From positions 1-64,000 of IMG/VR virus record IMGVR_UViG_3300010167_000019: 64,000 nucleotides of DNA, one strand, 5' to 3'. Below the pieces are notes generated by a model. It did not search any database and was not told the DNA's origin. It saw only the letters and a program-made list of their open reading frames with translations. Shown here piece after piece: positions 1-10,720 of the stretch; position 1 is the stretch's first letter; each line of letters begins with the position of its first letter. The stretch comes from a virus (taxonomy: Duplodnaviria; Caudoviricetes). Made by a program: the position numbers and the translations under genes.

Positions 1-1
1 C

Positions 2-709
2 CTCTATGAAAAGTCTCATGGGAATTTAAAATACACTTACCGGATGGGATTTGATCCTCTGACTGGGAAACAAGTAGCAGTAGAATTCCTCCTAGAACCA
101 GATAAGATCACTTCTGTGGGAGATCCTATCCAGACACGTAAGTTAGCCACTCAGGCTGGTCGCAATCCCTCTGATGAAGAGATTGAGAAAAAACATACCA
201 GTGCTCTGGACATAGTTAAGCAGACTGCAAAGAAGTTTGGCCACATCGATCACATCACTAGACCATTGACCGTCAGTGCTATCTTCGATAGTTCGAGGAA
301 GAAAATGGATAAGGTGAGATTGATTCCGCTGATACCAGCTATCAACAAAATAGGCTTTGCTTGTGCGAAAGATTTAAGTAAAAAGCAAATAATATCATCC
401 GATGAACTAGATTCATTCTTATCGGATAAAAAATTCCAAGAGCTGTTTATTCAAAAGGCAAAAGATTATCTAGGTGATATTGAAAACTACCATGTCAGTA
501 GAAACAACTCTGAAGGTGAGAAACAAGGGAACGGGAAGTACAAGTCCACTAAACTATTCTGGGGAGTGAATACGTTCCAAGCTAATCAATTTACTCCAGT
601 CATAAGAGGATTTGTTCAACAGAATCGTGATCATCGTAGAGAGAATGCTGGGGAGCTTTATGACAACTATACTGTTTATAATAAACCGAAGCGAAAATCA
701 TCGCAGTGA
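2..709 (+). CDS. Hypothetical protein, 5'-truncated by the window edge; paralog of the central domain of 1414..2775
   Basis: The frame is open from base 2 (LYEKSHGNLKYTYRMGFDPLTGKQVAVEF) and aligns by eye with MLEKSHRLLQHTYRVGYDIDTGHKVAVQF of 1414..2775. Confidence 0.7.
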   Translation, partial: LYEKSHGNLKYTYRMGFDPLTGKQVAVEFLLEPDKITSVGDPIQTRKLATQAGRNPSDEEIEKKHTSALDIVKQTAKKFGHIDHITRPLTVSAIFDSSRKKMDKVRLIPLIPAINKIGFACAKDLSKKQIISSDELDSFLSDKKFQELFIQKAKDYLGDIENYHVSRNNSEGEKQGNGKYKSTKLFWGVNTFQANQFTPVIRGFVQQNRDHRRENAGELYDNYTVYNKPKRKSSQ

Positions 710-756
710 AGTTAAGATCATGAAATAGAAAAGGTTTTGAAGGGAGGGTTAAGATC

Positions 757-1407
757 ATGACAGATGAAACTGTGTATGTTAACACTGAACTTAGATCGAA
801 TGTACCAATTGGATCAATAGAGGACTATGTCAATTTAAATGAAACAGAAACAGCTGTCAGGTTGTATCAACGGTTGAATCGAAATCGTGCTTCGGGTCAG
901 ATTGTGTCGATGCAGAAATGCGTTGAGTATGCAGCCCCACTGGTGGAGAAATGTTTAAACCTCTATCTGGGGGATCCGTACCCAGGGCATAATGGAAGTG
1001 AAGTTCATCTGGAGATGGCCCAGGCTGGAGCTTATCATCCCAAAGGTCAGCCCGATCCAAAGGATAAAAATACAATCAGTCTATGGATATACGGAGAGAA
1101 ACGGCCAATGAAACACTTTCATTTCTATCGGGGCAAGGATCGAAAAGCTGGCGGTTGTATCAGACTTGATAAACCAGAGTATTTCCCACATGATGGTCAC
1201 ACTGATACCTTAGGAGAAGATGAGGTTCTTGATCTGGTTAAGTTTCTTCAGACCGTCAATCCGGAGGGTGGTTGGACGATCTGGAAGACAATTTTATTCC
1301 TGTGGAACACTCAGAACTTGGATTGTAAAATTGAGATGAATGCTCCTATTCCACCCTATCGGATGGCATTAAATGATCATCGATATAGTGAAAGAGAAAA
1401 GAGTTGA
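757..1407 (+). CDS. Hypothetical phage protein; shares its N-terminal ~50 aa with 1414..2775
   Basis: ORF with SD GGAGGG; N-terminus DETVYVNTELR...RNRASGQ is nearly identical to that of the next gene. Confidence 0.75.
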   Translation: MTDETVYVNTELRSNVPIGSIEDYVNLNETETAVRLYQRLNRNRASGQIVSMQKCVEYAAPLVEKCLNLYLGDPYPGHNGSEVHLEMAQAGAYHPKGQPDPKDKNTISLWIYGEKRPMKHFHFYRGKDRKAGGCIRLDKPEYFPHDGHTDTLGEDEVLDLVKFLQTVNPEGGWTIWKTILFLWNTQNLDCKIEMNAPIPPYRMALNDHRYSEREKS

Positions 1408-1563
1408 TAAGCTATGAATTACCTGAATGAGACGGTGTATGTAGACACCGAGTTGAGATTAAATGTTCCCGTTGGATTATTAGAGGACTATGTCAATTTA
1501 AATGAAACAGAAACAGCTGTCAGGTTGTATCAACGGTTGAATCGAAATCGTGCTTCGGGTCAG
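818..1563 (+). repeat. Identical 83-bp direct repeat (818-900 and 1481-1563) in the 5' ends of two adjacent genes
   Basis: tagaggactatgtcaatttaaatgaaacag...gcttcgggtcag reads identically at both positions. Confidence 0.9.
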
Positions 1564-2775
1564 GTCTTGAGCATTCAGGAGTGTACCGAATATGCTCAGA
1601 GGATTCGGAGTAAGGGAGAGTTAGCAGATCAGCTTAAAATTGAAGATCGCTTAGGTTACTTGGAGAGCAAGATGTTATTCAACGAAGCTAACCCGGTGAA
1701 TTATGAGAACTGGCCAGTGGTGAGCACATGGGACAAATATCAACATGATCCGTTCTTTGTCTCTCGTGCTCGTACGGAAATGAAAAGTGAATTAGATGAG
1801 CTGTATTCGGTCATGCTTGAGAAATCGCATAGGTTGTTGCAGCATACCTACCGGGTTGGTTATGATATCGATACTGGCCATAAGGTCGCAGTTCAGTTTG
1901 AGTTAAAGCCGGAAACAATCACTGGTGTCGGAGATCCCAAGTTTACTCCAATGAAGAATGGTCAAACTGCAGAAGATATCAAGAAATTACACGACGATGC
2001 GATACCAGAAGTTCAATCAACTATTAAACGCTATGGTCACATAGATCATGTCACATCTCCCTTAAAAGTAACAACAATATTTCATCGCAATGGTAAACAG
2101 CTGTCATCGGTACGGATGGTTCCTATGTTTAGCAACGACATGCCTGATTTCTTCCAGAAGGTTCTTGATTTGGCTGAGAAACAAATACCTGAGATACGCA
2201 CAAAGTATCCGAAGCCCGATGATTTCTTTGCATCAGGTGAGTTCCCAAAGTTCTTTGTAGCGGTTGCCAGAACGTATAAGTTTTCCCAAGTTGAAAATTA
2301 TCACATAAGCAGATCAGACCAAGACCTTCAGGGTAAAGACATGTATAAGACAACTAAGTTATTCTGGGATCAAGGAAAATTTACCTCATTTCAGTTTAGT
2401 CCTAAACTCAGAGGATATGCTCCGGTAAATACAGATCCGGAAGGAGAAAAGAAGAAGTACAATCTAAACAACAGCCCATCGAAAGGAAATCTCCCCTCGA
2501 AGATAACACCCGCTAGCTACAAATCATATATCACAAAGGCTGAAGGTCAACTTCAGAAGGCTAAGGAGCTTGCAGCTAAGGTTACTGATGAAAGCAAACG
2601 TAAGCTAATCTTAGATAATATCACCGCTATACAGAAAGATATCGATGACTTTAAGAAACTACCATCGGATACCGCCCCTGGTAATGTCATCGGGTGGATT
2701 GAGCGGACTAAAGAGATGATTCATCGGCACGTGTATAAATTACTGCAAGAAGCCTCATCCGGTAATGGAAAGTAA
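1414..2775 (+). CDS. Hypothetical, probably virion-associated mosaic protein
   Basis: 453-aa ORF sharing its N-terminus with 757..1407 and its centre with 2..709. Confidence 0.75.
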   Translation: MNYLNETVYVDTELRLNVPVGLLEDYVNLNETETAVRLYQRLNRNRASGQVLSIQECTEYAQRIRSKGELADQLKIEDRLGYLESKMLFNEANPVNYENWPVVSTWDKYQHDPFFVSRARTEMKSELDELYSVMLEKSHRLLQHTYRVGYDIDTGHKVAVQFELKPETITGVGDPKFTPMKNGQTAEDIKKLHDDAIPEVQSTIKRYGHIDHVTSPLKVTTIFHRNGKQLSSVRMVPMFSNDMPDFFQKVLDLAEKQIPEIRTKYPKPDDFFASGEFPKFFVAVARTYKFSQVENYHISRSDQDLQGKDMYKTTKLFWDQGKFTSFQFSPKLRGYAPVNTDPEGEKKKYNLNNSPSKGNLPSKITPASYKSYITKAEGQLQKAKELAAKVTDESKRKLILDNITAIQKDIDDFKKLPSDTAPGNVIGWIERTKEMIHRHVYKLLQEASSGNGK

Positions 2776-2810
2776 TGATAACACGGAAGGGATTCCCTTC
2801 CATGTTATCA
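2776..2810. terminator. Inverted-repeat terminator
   Basis: tgataacacggaaggg-att-cccttccatgttatca directly after the stop codon. Confidence 0.7.
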
Positions 2811-2847
2811 TGCTTATTTCCATAATTTTTTCTTTTCCTTTTACAAT

Positions 2848-2859
2848 TATATATTCTCA
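2848..2859 (+). promoter_or_regulatory. Putative phage early-type promoter motif (TATATTCT)
   Basis: ttatatattctc about 20 nt upstream of the nuclease start; same motif precedes many minus-strand clusters. Confidence 0.5.
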
Positions 2860-2877
2860 ACCTACAGGGGTGATTGC

Positions 2878-4035
2878 ATGTATAGGATTCTACTTTTCAG
2901 TGATTTGCATATCGGCAGTATTAAAGAAATAACTCATGTCTATGATACCCTTACCAGAATCCTAGATACGGAATTAGTCTATCGTAAGTCAGATGCTATT
3001 ATCATCCTAGGAGATTTCTTCCACAAGCTACTTCGAGTGAACGAAGAGCATACCACCTTGGCCATAAACATCATGTCCTACTTGGTGCGTCTCTGTAAGA
3101 AAAATAAGACCAAGATACGTTTGTTGTATGGAACAGAAAGTCATGAGGCTTCGAGCTACACTCTTTTCAATTATCATCTGACTGATCCGGACTTAGACAT
3201 GAAGTTAGTTACTACTGTCAGTGTAGAAGAGCTTTTTCCTAAGGTCAATATTTTGTATGTTCCTGAAGAGTATGTGGAGAGTAAAGAAGAGCACTACCGA
3301 AAATACTTGGATAAAAAATATACCTACATCTTTGGTCATGGGATCATCAGTGAAGGTATGCCGATGATTGGTTTAGAAAATACTTCTGTACAGGAAAGGA
3401 AACTTCCTCGTTTCAAGGTAGGGGAGTTGAGTCAAGCTTCCACACTGACAGTCTTCGGCCACTATCACAAATTTACTGAATTGCCAGGTAATGTCTACTA
3501 CCTGGGTTCACTTTTCCGAGATTCCTTTGGGGAGGAAGAACCTAAAGGCTATGGCATCGTCGAAGGGAATAAATTGACCTTCATAGAAAATCCAGATGCC
3601 TACATCTATAAGACCTATGAGTATCCAGCCGATTCGGATATCTACACCAGCACTGCTAACCTCTTAGCGGAGATCAATAAGATTAAAATGGAGAATGAGG
3701 AAATCTTCACAGAGAATCGTTATGGGAAGATCAGAGTCATTTTTAATCTACCAGCAGATATTAATTCTAGCTTTTCGGAAAACTTAAGGCTATTATTAAT
3801 GAAGGAAAAAAATATCCGCTATATTTATAAGGAGGCTTCTTCTATTCCAGAAGATTTAAGTGCAGAGATTCAAGTCGAATATGATTTCATCTTGGATGAC
3901 TCTCTAAGTGTTTGGGAAAAGATTTGTAGATACATCGATAAAAATTTTCCCGGTAGTGATTTAGACTTAGCTGAGATAATTAAACTTACCAATGAAAGAT
4001 TGGAAATTTATCGCAATGAAGGAAAGGGTCCTTAA
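2878..4035 (+). CDS. sbcD: SbcD/Mre11/gp47-like metallophosphoesterase recombination nuclease
   Basis: Motifs SDLHIG, GDFFH, GTESHE, FGHYH and YLGS. Confidence 0.85.
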   Translation: MYRILLFSDLHIGSIKEITHVYDTLTRILDTELVYRKSDAIIILGDFFHKLLRVNEEHTTLAINIMSYLVRLCKKNKTKIRLLYGTESHEASSYTLFNYHLTDPDLDMKLVTTVSVEELFPKVNILYVPEEYVESKEEHYRKYLDKKYTYIFGHGIISEGMPMIGLENTSVQERKLPRFKVGELSQASTLTVFGHYHKFTELPGNVYYLGSLFRDSFGEEEPKGYGIVEGNKLTFIENPDAYIYKTYEYPADSDIYTSTANLLAEINKIKMENEEIFTENRYGKIRVIFNLPADINSSFSENLRLLLMKEKNIRYIYKEASSIPEDLSAEIQVEYDFILDDSLSVWEKICRYIDKNFPGSDLDLAEIIKLTNERLEIYRNEGKGP

Positions 4036-4052
4036 CTAGGACCCTTTCCTTC
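4018..4052. terminator. Bidirectional terminator between the nuclease gene and the 3' end of the TIGR-like transcript
   Basis: gaaggaaagggtcc-ttaacta-ggaccctttccttc, 14-bp perfect stem at a convergent junction. Confidence 0.75.
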
Positions 4053-4069
4053 TCAGTATTTTCTCTATA

Positions 4070-4458
4070 GGGTTGCTTAGACTGAATGACATACTAATTG
4101 TGTTAGGTTCCTTTTCATTTTTTAGGTAAATTTTCCTTCGTAGGGTTACTAGGAGTGCACTGATACATTTTTAGCACATGGGTTGATTATTACAGGCAAT
4201 GCAGTTTGTTGTATAGGATTGCTAACAATTCCTTGATGTAATTATTTCTGCGGAGATATCAGTTTTCAGTTACACTTTTCTGCTCAGGGGGTAAAGTTAA
4301 TACGCACGGTACAATCAAGGCGCATGGACTCTTTCGTTTTTCAGGTACACTTGCTTCATTGGGTTGATTAATTGTAATGGTGCACTTTGGGGTGATAGGG
4401 TTACTAATAATACCTGTTGCGTTTGTGACAATGGATTGCTAAGGAACATTGGCTAAGT
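4070..4458 (-). ncRNA. TIGR-like 36-nt dual-repeat array, distal segment (~11 units)
   Basis: Alternating + strand motifs GRTACAHT and GGRTT at ~18-nt spacing, e.g. gggtt-actaggagtgcact-gatacatt-tttagcacat-gggtt. Confidence 0.8.
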
Positions 4459-4459
4459 T

Positions 4460-4535
4460 ATGATAGCAACTCACCGCGGTGATTCCTGTTATTAGCAGGC
4501 ATTGTTCCGGTGTGCTCCACCGTACTATCGTTTTA
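4460..4535 (-). ncRNA. TnpB omega-RNA 3' part / IS200-IS605 right end
   Basis: After the tnpB stop the minus strand reads TACGGTGGAGCACACCGGAAC...GCCTG-ctaataa-CAGG-AATCACCGCGGTGAG-TTGCTA-TCAT: typical stem-loops, a GAATC-stem-GAG subterminal hairpin and a TCAN end. Confidence 0.7.
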
Positions 4536-5684
4536 CTATTTGGCTAAACGTAGACCTTCTCTCAGTATATTTTTGGCAGCATTGATATCTCGATCATGGA
4601 TCACACCACACTGTTTACACTGCCATTTCCTTACCAAGGGAACTGTAATGTCCTTGTCCACCTTTCCACATTCGTAACAAGTCTGGCTGGATGCATAGAA
4701 CTTACCGACCTTCACCAATTTCTTATCATACCATTCAGCCTTGTACTCCAATTGTCTTACCAGTTCACCCCAAGCTACATCATGGATCGATCGGTTGATG
4801 TTCTTGCTCTTCTGACCTGGTTCCACAGCTTGCATCCTTGGAATAATAAGACTTTCCACACAAATGATATCGTACTCTCTGACTAAGTGAATAGATACTT
4901 TGTGGAGATGATGGTTTCTTTGGTTACGAATTTTCTGATGGATTTTGGCTAACTTGATACGAGTCTTGATGTAATTCTTACTACCCTTTGTTTTTCGGGA
5001 TAGTAATTGTTGCATCTTTCGTAGTTTGTGTTCCGATTGCTTGAGATGCTTTGGGTTGAGAATTACCATGCCATTGGAGGTGACTACTAACTTACGAATG
5101 CCTAAGTCAATGCCTATGCTGTTTCCTGTTCTGGGAAGTGAATCTGGCACCACATCAGTGCAACATACGGCAACGTGATATTGACCACTAGGATTTTGAG
5201 ATATGGTAGCATTTAGTATCCTACCCCGAATTGGTCTATCAATGACAGCCTTGACTAAACCAAGTTTTGGTAGCTTGATACGATCGGTATCGATGACGGC
5301 TATATTCCCACCGTCGGTACCACTAGGAGCAAATCTAGATGTGTAGGATTTGTGGTTATCACGCTTGCGTTTGAATTTAGGATAGCCTATAAAATTACCC
5401 ACCTTGAGTCCTTGGAAGAACTTTTGATAAGCCCTGTCCAGATTTCTCAAGGCATTTTGCAGAGCGGCATTCTCTACCTCATATAACCATTCCTTCTCCT
5501 GCTTCAACTTAGTGAGTTCCAATGCGCATTGATAATAGTTTAACGTTTGCTCATTCATGTCATAGACTTCTTGTCTTTTGGCTAGGAAGTGATTGTATAT
5601 GAATCTAACACAGCCAAAGGTTTTTTGGATGAGGGTTGCTTGTTCAGCATTGGGATATATCCTGTACTTGAATGATTTCTCCAT
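4536..5684 (-). CDS. tnpB: TnpB RNA-guided endonuclease (IS200/IS605 family)
   Basis: N-terminal KSFKYRIYP...FGCVRFIYN; RuvC motifs GIDLG, VESL and DRDINAAKNI; Zn finger CYECG/CKQCG. SD GAGGAGGTGA supports the ATG at 5684. Confidence 0.95.
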   Translation of the reverse strand: MEKSFKYRIYPNAEQATLIQKTFGCVRFIYNHFLAKRQEVYDMNEQTLNYYQCALELTKLKQEKEWLYEVENAALQNALRNLDRAYQKFFQGLKVGNFIGYPKFKRKRDNHKSYTSRFAPSGTDGGNIAVIDTDRIKLPKLGLVKAVIDRPIRGRILNATISQNPSGQYHVAVCCTDVVPDSLPRTGNSIGIDLGIRKLVVTSNGMVILNPKHLKQSEHKLRKMQQLLSRKTKGSKNYIKTRIKLAKIHQKIRNQRNHHLHKVSIHLVREYDIICVESLIIPRMQAVEPGQKSKNINRSIHDVAWGELVRQLEYKAEWYDKKLVKVGKFYASSQTCYECGKVDKDITVPLVRKWQCKQCGVIHDRDINAAKNILREGLRLAK

Positions 5685-6599
5685 ATACAATCACCTCCTC
5701 ATCGATACAATACTTTTATGAGGATTTCTCTTGCTTGAAGGTTACAGTTACAAATCCCGGGTTTCTCAATACTACGGCACATTTCAGGTACATTACGCTA
5801 CTCAGGGTTATAGATTACGGTCGATGGTACCAGTGTATTTTTTAGGGTTACCTTAAACTTTAGGAGACAATCTCACCTAATGGGTTATTTACGTACATAG
5901 GTCATTTGAATACCGGGGTTACTATATCCCTCTGGTACACTTTTTACGCCCGGGTCATTATAAGGATCTGATACGTTAGTGAATCTGGGTTACTTTTACT
6001 GGAAGGATACATTTTTCTTTTCCGAAGATCTCTCTGTCTCTTGATACACTTTACACATACGAATTTTTTGATAAGCTAGGTGCCATTCACAAGCATGGGT
6101 CTCTCAAAAATCTAATGCAATTATTTAGTATGGGACATTCTTGTTTTCGGATACATTACCAAACTAAGGTTGACTTGCTGACTGTAATACACTTATATGA
6201 GCTGGCTAGTCGTCTGGGTAGTAGAGTTGTCAGTCATGGTACACTTTTTACGCCCGGGTCATTATAAGGACGAGGGTACATTTGATGCTGAAGGTTTTCT
6301 ATTATCTTGAGATAAATTCAAAGACTACGGGTTAATTGTTGACTATGATGCATTTTTTCTGTCGAGGGTCTTTCATATCGCCGAATACATTTAAATGTTT
6401 CGAGTTAATACTTTTACCAGGTACGCTTATAATCGCTGGTTTTATCTATATCATGACACACATTTTCCTTATTAGGATTCATTGACTGTTGAGGTTACGA
6501 TTATATCCTCTGAGTTGTTTTGAAACAATGGCACGTTATCAGTGTTTGGTTTACTTTGTTATACTGATACATTAGACTGAACTGAAATTATTTATGCAC

Positions 6600-6651
6600 A
6601 TGATAGCAACTCACTGTAGTGATTCCTGTTATTAGCAGGCATTGTTTCCGG
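6600..6651 (-). mobile_element. Orphan copy of the tnpB right end / omega-RNA 3' hairpins inside the array
   Basis: atgatagcaactcac(tgta)gtgattcctgttattagcaggcattgtttccgg versus 4460-4510 atgatagcaactcac(cgcg)gtgattcctgttattagcaggcattgttccgg. Confidence 0.85.
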
Positions 6652-9600
6652 ATTGGGCTAATTTTAAGTGCACTAGACAGAATAGGGTTAATTTGTATTA
6701 CTGGTACAATGGCAATACTAGGGTGACTAATTGTTTTAGGCACATTTGTTTGCAAGAGACAATCTATATCTGTGATACGATTTAGTTAATAAGGATTGCT
6801 AATTGCTTTCGACACATGCATTTCTCCCAAGGGAATTTTTATACTGCTGATACAATCAGTTTCTATGGGTTATTTATCTATCCACGGTACACTAGATAAT
6901 CCAGGGATTTTTTGATGGGAATAGTACATTCACATCGTAGGGCTAATAACATAATACGGTACGTTTCAGCATACTGGGTTTCTAGGAAAACTATAACTCG
7001 TTGCTACAACATGAGGAAATATTCCATGACGACATATTTGTGTTCTACGGGTTGCTACATGTATCTGATGCGTTGAATATGATCGGTGTACTTTCATCAT
7101 ATGAGACATTGTTGGCTTTCGGAGTCATTTAGACGAATGATACACATTTGTGGTGTGGGATAACTAAGACCATGTGGTACAGTAAATAAGTTTGGGTGGA
7201 TCAACCATTCCGGCTACATTGAAGCTCTTTGGATTGCTAATTTAATCTGATAAATTACATTGACATACCACTGGGTTGTTTTGTAGTGCCGATGCATATA
7301 GGGCAATGGATTGTTAAATGGTCTAGATAAATTATATTCTCCTTTATGGATTGCTAATGATCGTAGATACAGTTATATCCTATGGGTGTCTGGCTGCCTC
7401 CGGTAAATTTTATGACACGGGTTGAGTTTTCAAAGGATGATAGGCTCATTTCTTTAGGATGAGTATCGTAGTATGACACAATTACATGTTATGGGTTTAA
7501 CACATTATCGGTACATTCTATCGTTATGGAGGTCGATGTTGCAATATGACACACTTATTTGCGTTGGGTCACTAGTCTGTTAGGATGCATTACATTGATA
7601 TGGGTTGATCTCTGAGACTGGTACAATTATGATGATCGGGTTGATGCAACTTTAAGATATAATCACTCTGTCTGGGACAATCTGCATTTGAAGGTAAATT
7701 AGATGGAAGCAATTAATTCTACTGGGCTGATGTGGCGACTGATACATTTTTTATTGCTGGGCTGATGACTCTAGACGGTACATTACATTCCATAGGATTT
7801 ATTTCTGAATCCGGTACAATTCCCGCTAATGGGTGATTCTAAATCTTTTTGGCACACTATTACTAGGTAAAGGTAAAATTAATCATCAGGGTACATGGAT
7901 GGTAGACCCACATCTCAAGATACATTAAAGCTCTTTGGATTACTTCGAAGGTATAATACAATTCCATATTTTGGGTGACTAGCTACTGAAGGCAGATTGC
8001 TCTTTGAGGTTGACTATTCTTGATTGGTACATTTTCCACTCATGGGGTTATAAGTGTTAAGCGATACACTGGGTCTTGATGGGTCATTGGTGTATTGAAG
8101 GTACGCTCTTGACAACGGGCTAATTAGAACTAGGACACGTTAATAATTTATTGGTTTTTGTTTCTGTTCCTAACACATTCCTCTGCATTGGTTTATTCCG
8201 CGTGCTAGATAAAATTACATTCAATGGATTGCTAGGTGAGCTTGATAAGATATTTTTCTTATGGGTTTATCTTCTGATACTGGTACGCTTCCCTATGGCG
8301 AGTTACTATGTTATCCGTGGCACACTCTCATCTTTCAGGATCATTCTGTTGTTTAGGTACATTAGCGAGATACGGATTAATCGTTGATTACGACACATTG
8401 CCTTTCTTAAGGTTTCACATTTGTAGTTCTGGTACATTGATTGTTTTAGGGTTACTTACCTCCTCAAGTTACATTGAGCTTCTGAGGGCTTTCCCTGCAA
8501 GATACAGTTAATGGTCCCAGGGATTATTTTTGAATCAGATACATTTGTAACTTATGGTCTGGACTTTCTATCTCGGTAAGTTTAGTATATCAGGGGTGTC
8601 TTACTTTCATCGGCACAATTACTTCATTGGAATTCTTTGGGACGATGTTACATTAGTTCACAACGAGTTGCTTCTCTGTGAAGATCAAGTTTATCGTGCT
8701 GGGTTTATGTGAGGCTATGGTACAATTTATTTTTTGGGTGATTAAAGAAGTAGGTTACATTTCGGAAAATAAAATTTTTTACCCAATGGGATACATTGAC
8801 TACCTCTGGGATAACTCCTGCCAAATGATGAAATAGCTGATTTGGGGGATAGTCGATACACATGATATATTATTTTAACTGGGCTGCTATGTCTTGCTGG
8901 TACAATTTATGGTATCGGGTTGCTTAGTGTTAATGAAGCATTAAGTGTAATTGGAAGGCTGGTTTATCACGGTACAATTTCTCAGCGTGGGATTGTCAAA
9001 GTTATCGGTGCAGTGAGATTCAAAGGGTTTCTTTCGGGTTATGATAAAATTCTACATCATGGACTGATAGAGGGTAATGGTACATTTCGTTGTAATGGGA
9101 TCATACTCGAAAGTGATACAATAGAAATTTCTGGGATAGTTGCTTCATAGGGTAATGCTCATGATAAAATTTGTAAACATGGGTTCAGTGTTGCTGGTTG
9201 GTACACCTTTTTACAGCGGATTGGTAAATCTACATGGTACAATCACTCTACGTCATTGGGATCTTAAAATATTTAGGTAGAAATCATTATTCTATGCTGG
9301 GTTGGTAATTGAAGTTGATATAATTGTATTGGGTGGGTCATTGGTTGAGTATGATACGTTTCATTAGCATGGGTTACAAAGGGACAATGGTACAATTATG
9401 ATTCCGGATCACTTGCTCTCAAGGTATAATAATCTTGACTGGTGTACTGCATATATGTGGTACAATTATGCTCTGAGTTGCTTAAACTATTTAGGTGCAA
9501 TAAAGTTTTCGGATCAGTTGTTCTGATTGATACATTTCATACATGTGGATTTATACCTGCTTAGGATACATTTCTTGGTGTAGGGTTAGTAAGGATTTTT

Positions 9601-10686
9601 GATACAATTTACACATCTGGGTCACTGAGGGGTTAGGATGAATTTTCACTGATTGGTTTATTACTACTATCTTGATACAATCTCATATGTTGGATTACTG
9701 ATGCAACCTGATGCAATTTACATAATTGGCTTCCTACCAACCTCTGGTACATTTGGAGATTTTGGATTCCTAGATGTGAAAGGTACAATCTTTATTGTAG
9801 GATTATGTTATACATCTCGATAGGCAATTTGTATCGATGGGTCCCTAAACTGTCATGGTTAATTTTCTATCTTGGAAGGTAGTAGATCAAAAAGATACAT
9901 TTGATGCGTAAGGTTTTTTAAACGAGTTTGATGCAATTAAAAATCATGGGAATAGTCTAGCGTTCTGATACAGTAGAAACTTCTGGATTTCTTAGATGAA
10001 GCAGTTACATTTTACTCATTACGGATCTTAGTGGATTTTGATACATTGCTTGTACAAGGGCCTCTAGGTATCAATGATGCAATTGCAGATGTAGATATTG
10101 GGAGACTAGTCAATCTAGTCTCCCTCACTCATTCCTTCACTATGGATTATTTGCGTCTCATGTTGCATTACTGCGCTTCAATAAAATGGATCAACTATGC
10201 TATTTTGACACACTCTGGGGTCAAGGGCTTCTTCATCATTTCGGAACATTTTCAGGGATCGGACTACTACAGAACAAAGATACACTGGTGCTACCAGGAT
10301 CCCTTCATCAGGGAAGGTACATTTCCTACGGCTGGATTAATTCAGATGGTGCGGTACATTTTCAGGTCTTGGGTTTCTACAATACCATGGACACATTTGC
10401 TAAAAGCGGATTGCTAGGCCATCCGGGATTCAATTCCAATTTCTGGGTTGTTACACCTAGTGGGTACATTAATTTTTTTTGGACTCATTCGCACTTACGA
10501 TACATTGCATCAAACCGGGTTATTTCATACCATCGGTACATTAACATAGACTGGGATTTTTACTTACCGGGATACATTATTGATGCCTGGGTTATAACAT
10601 ATCGATATTCGATAGCAAGGGTTTCTGAGAACACAAGATACAATTTTTCCTCTTCAGGATTATCTAAGTCATAGCAATACATAGAG

Positions 10687-10720
10687 TAGGGATTAGTCTG
10701 GTTAACCAGACTAATCCCTA
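10687..10720. other. 34-bp perfect palindrome near the start of the array (terminator, attenuator or processing hairpin)
   Basis: tagggattagtctggtt|aaccagactaatcccta. Confidence 0.7.

Noticed and set aside
4460-5760. Complete IS605 element or IStron
   Set aside because: No tnpA, no left-end hairpin and no group I intron core upstream of tnpB; array repeats run up to the SD.
8151-10674. ORFs 8151..8387, 8308..8511, 8920..9150, 10031..10417 and 10186..10674 as real genes
   Set aside because: They lack SD sites, and their recurring GT/DT/VH/YI residues just mirror the 36-nt repeat. They are chance open frames in the array.
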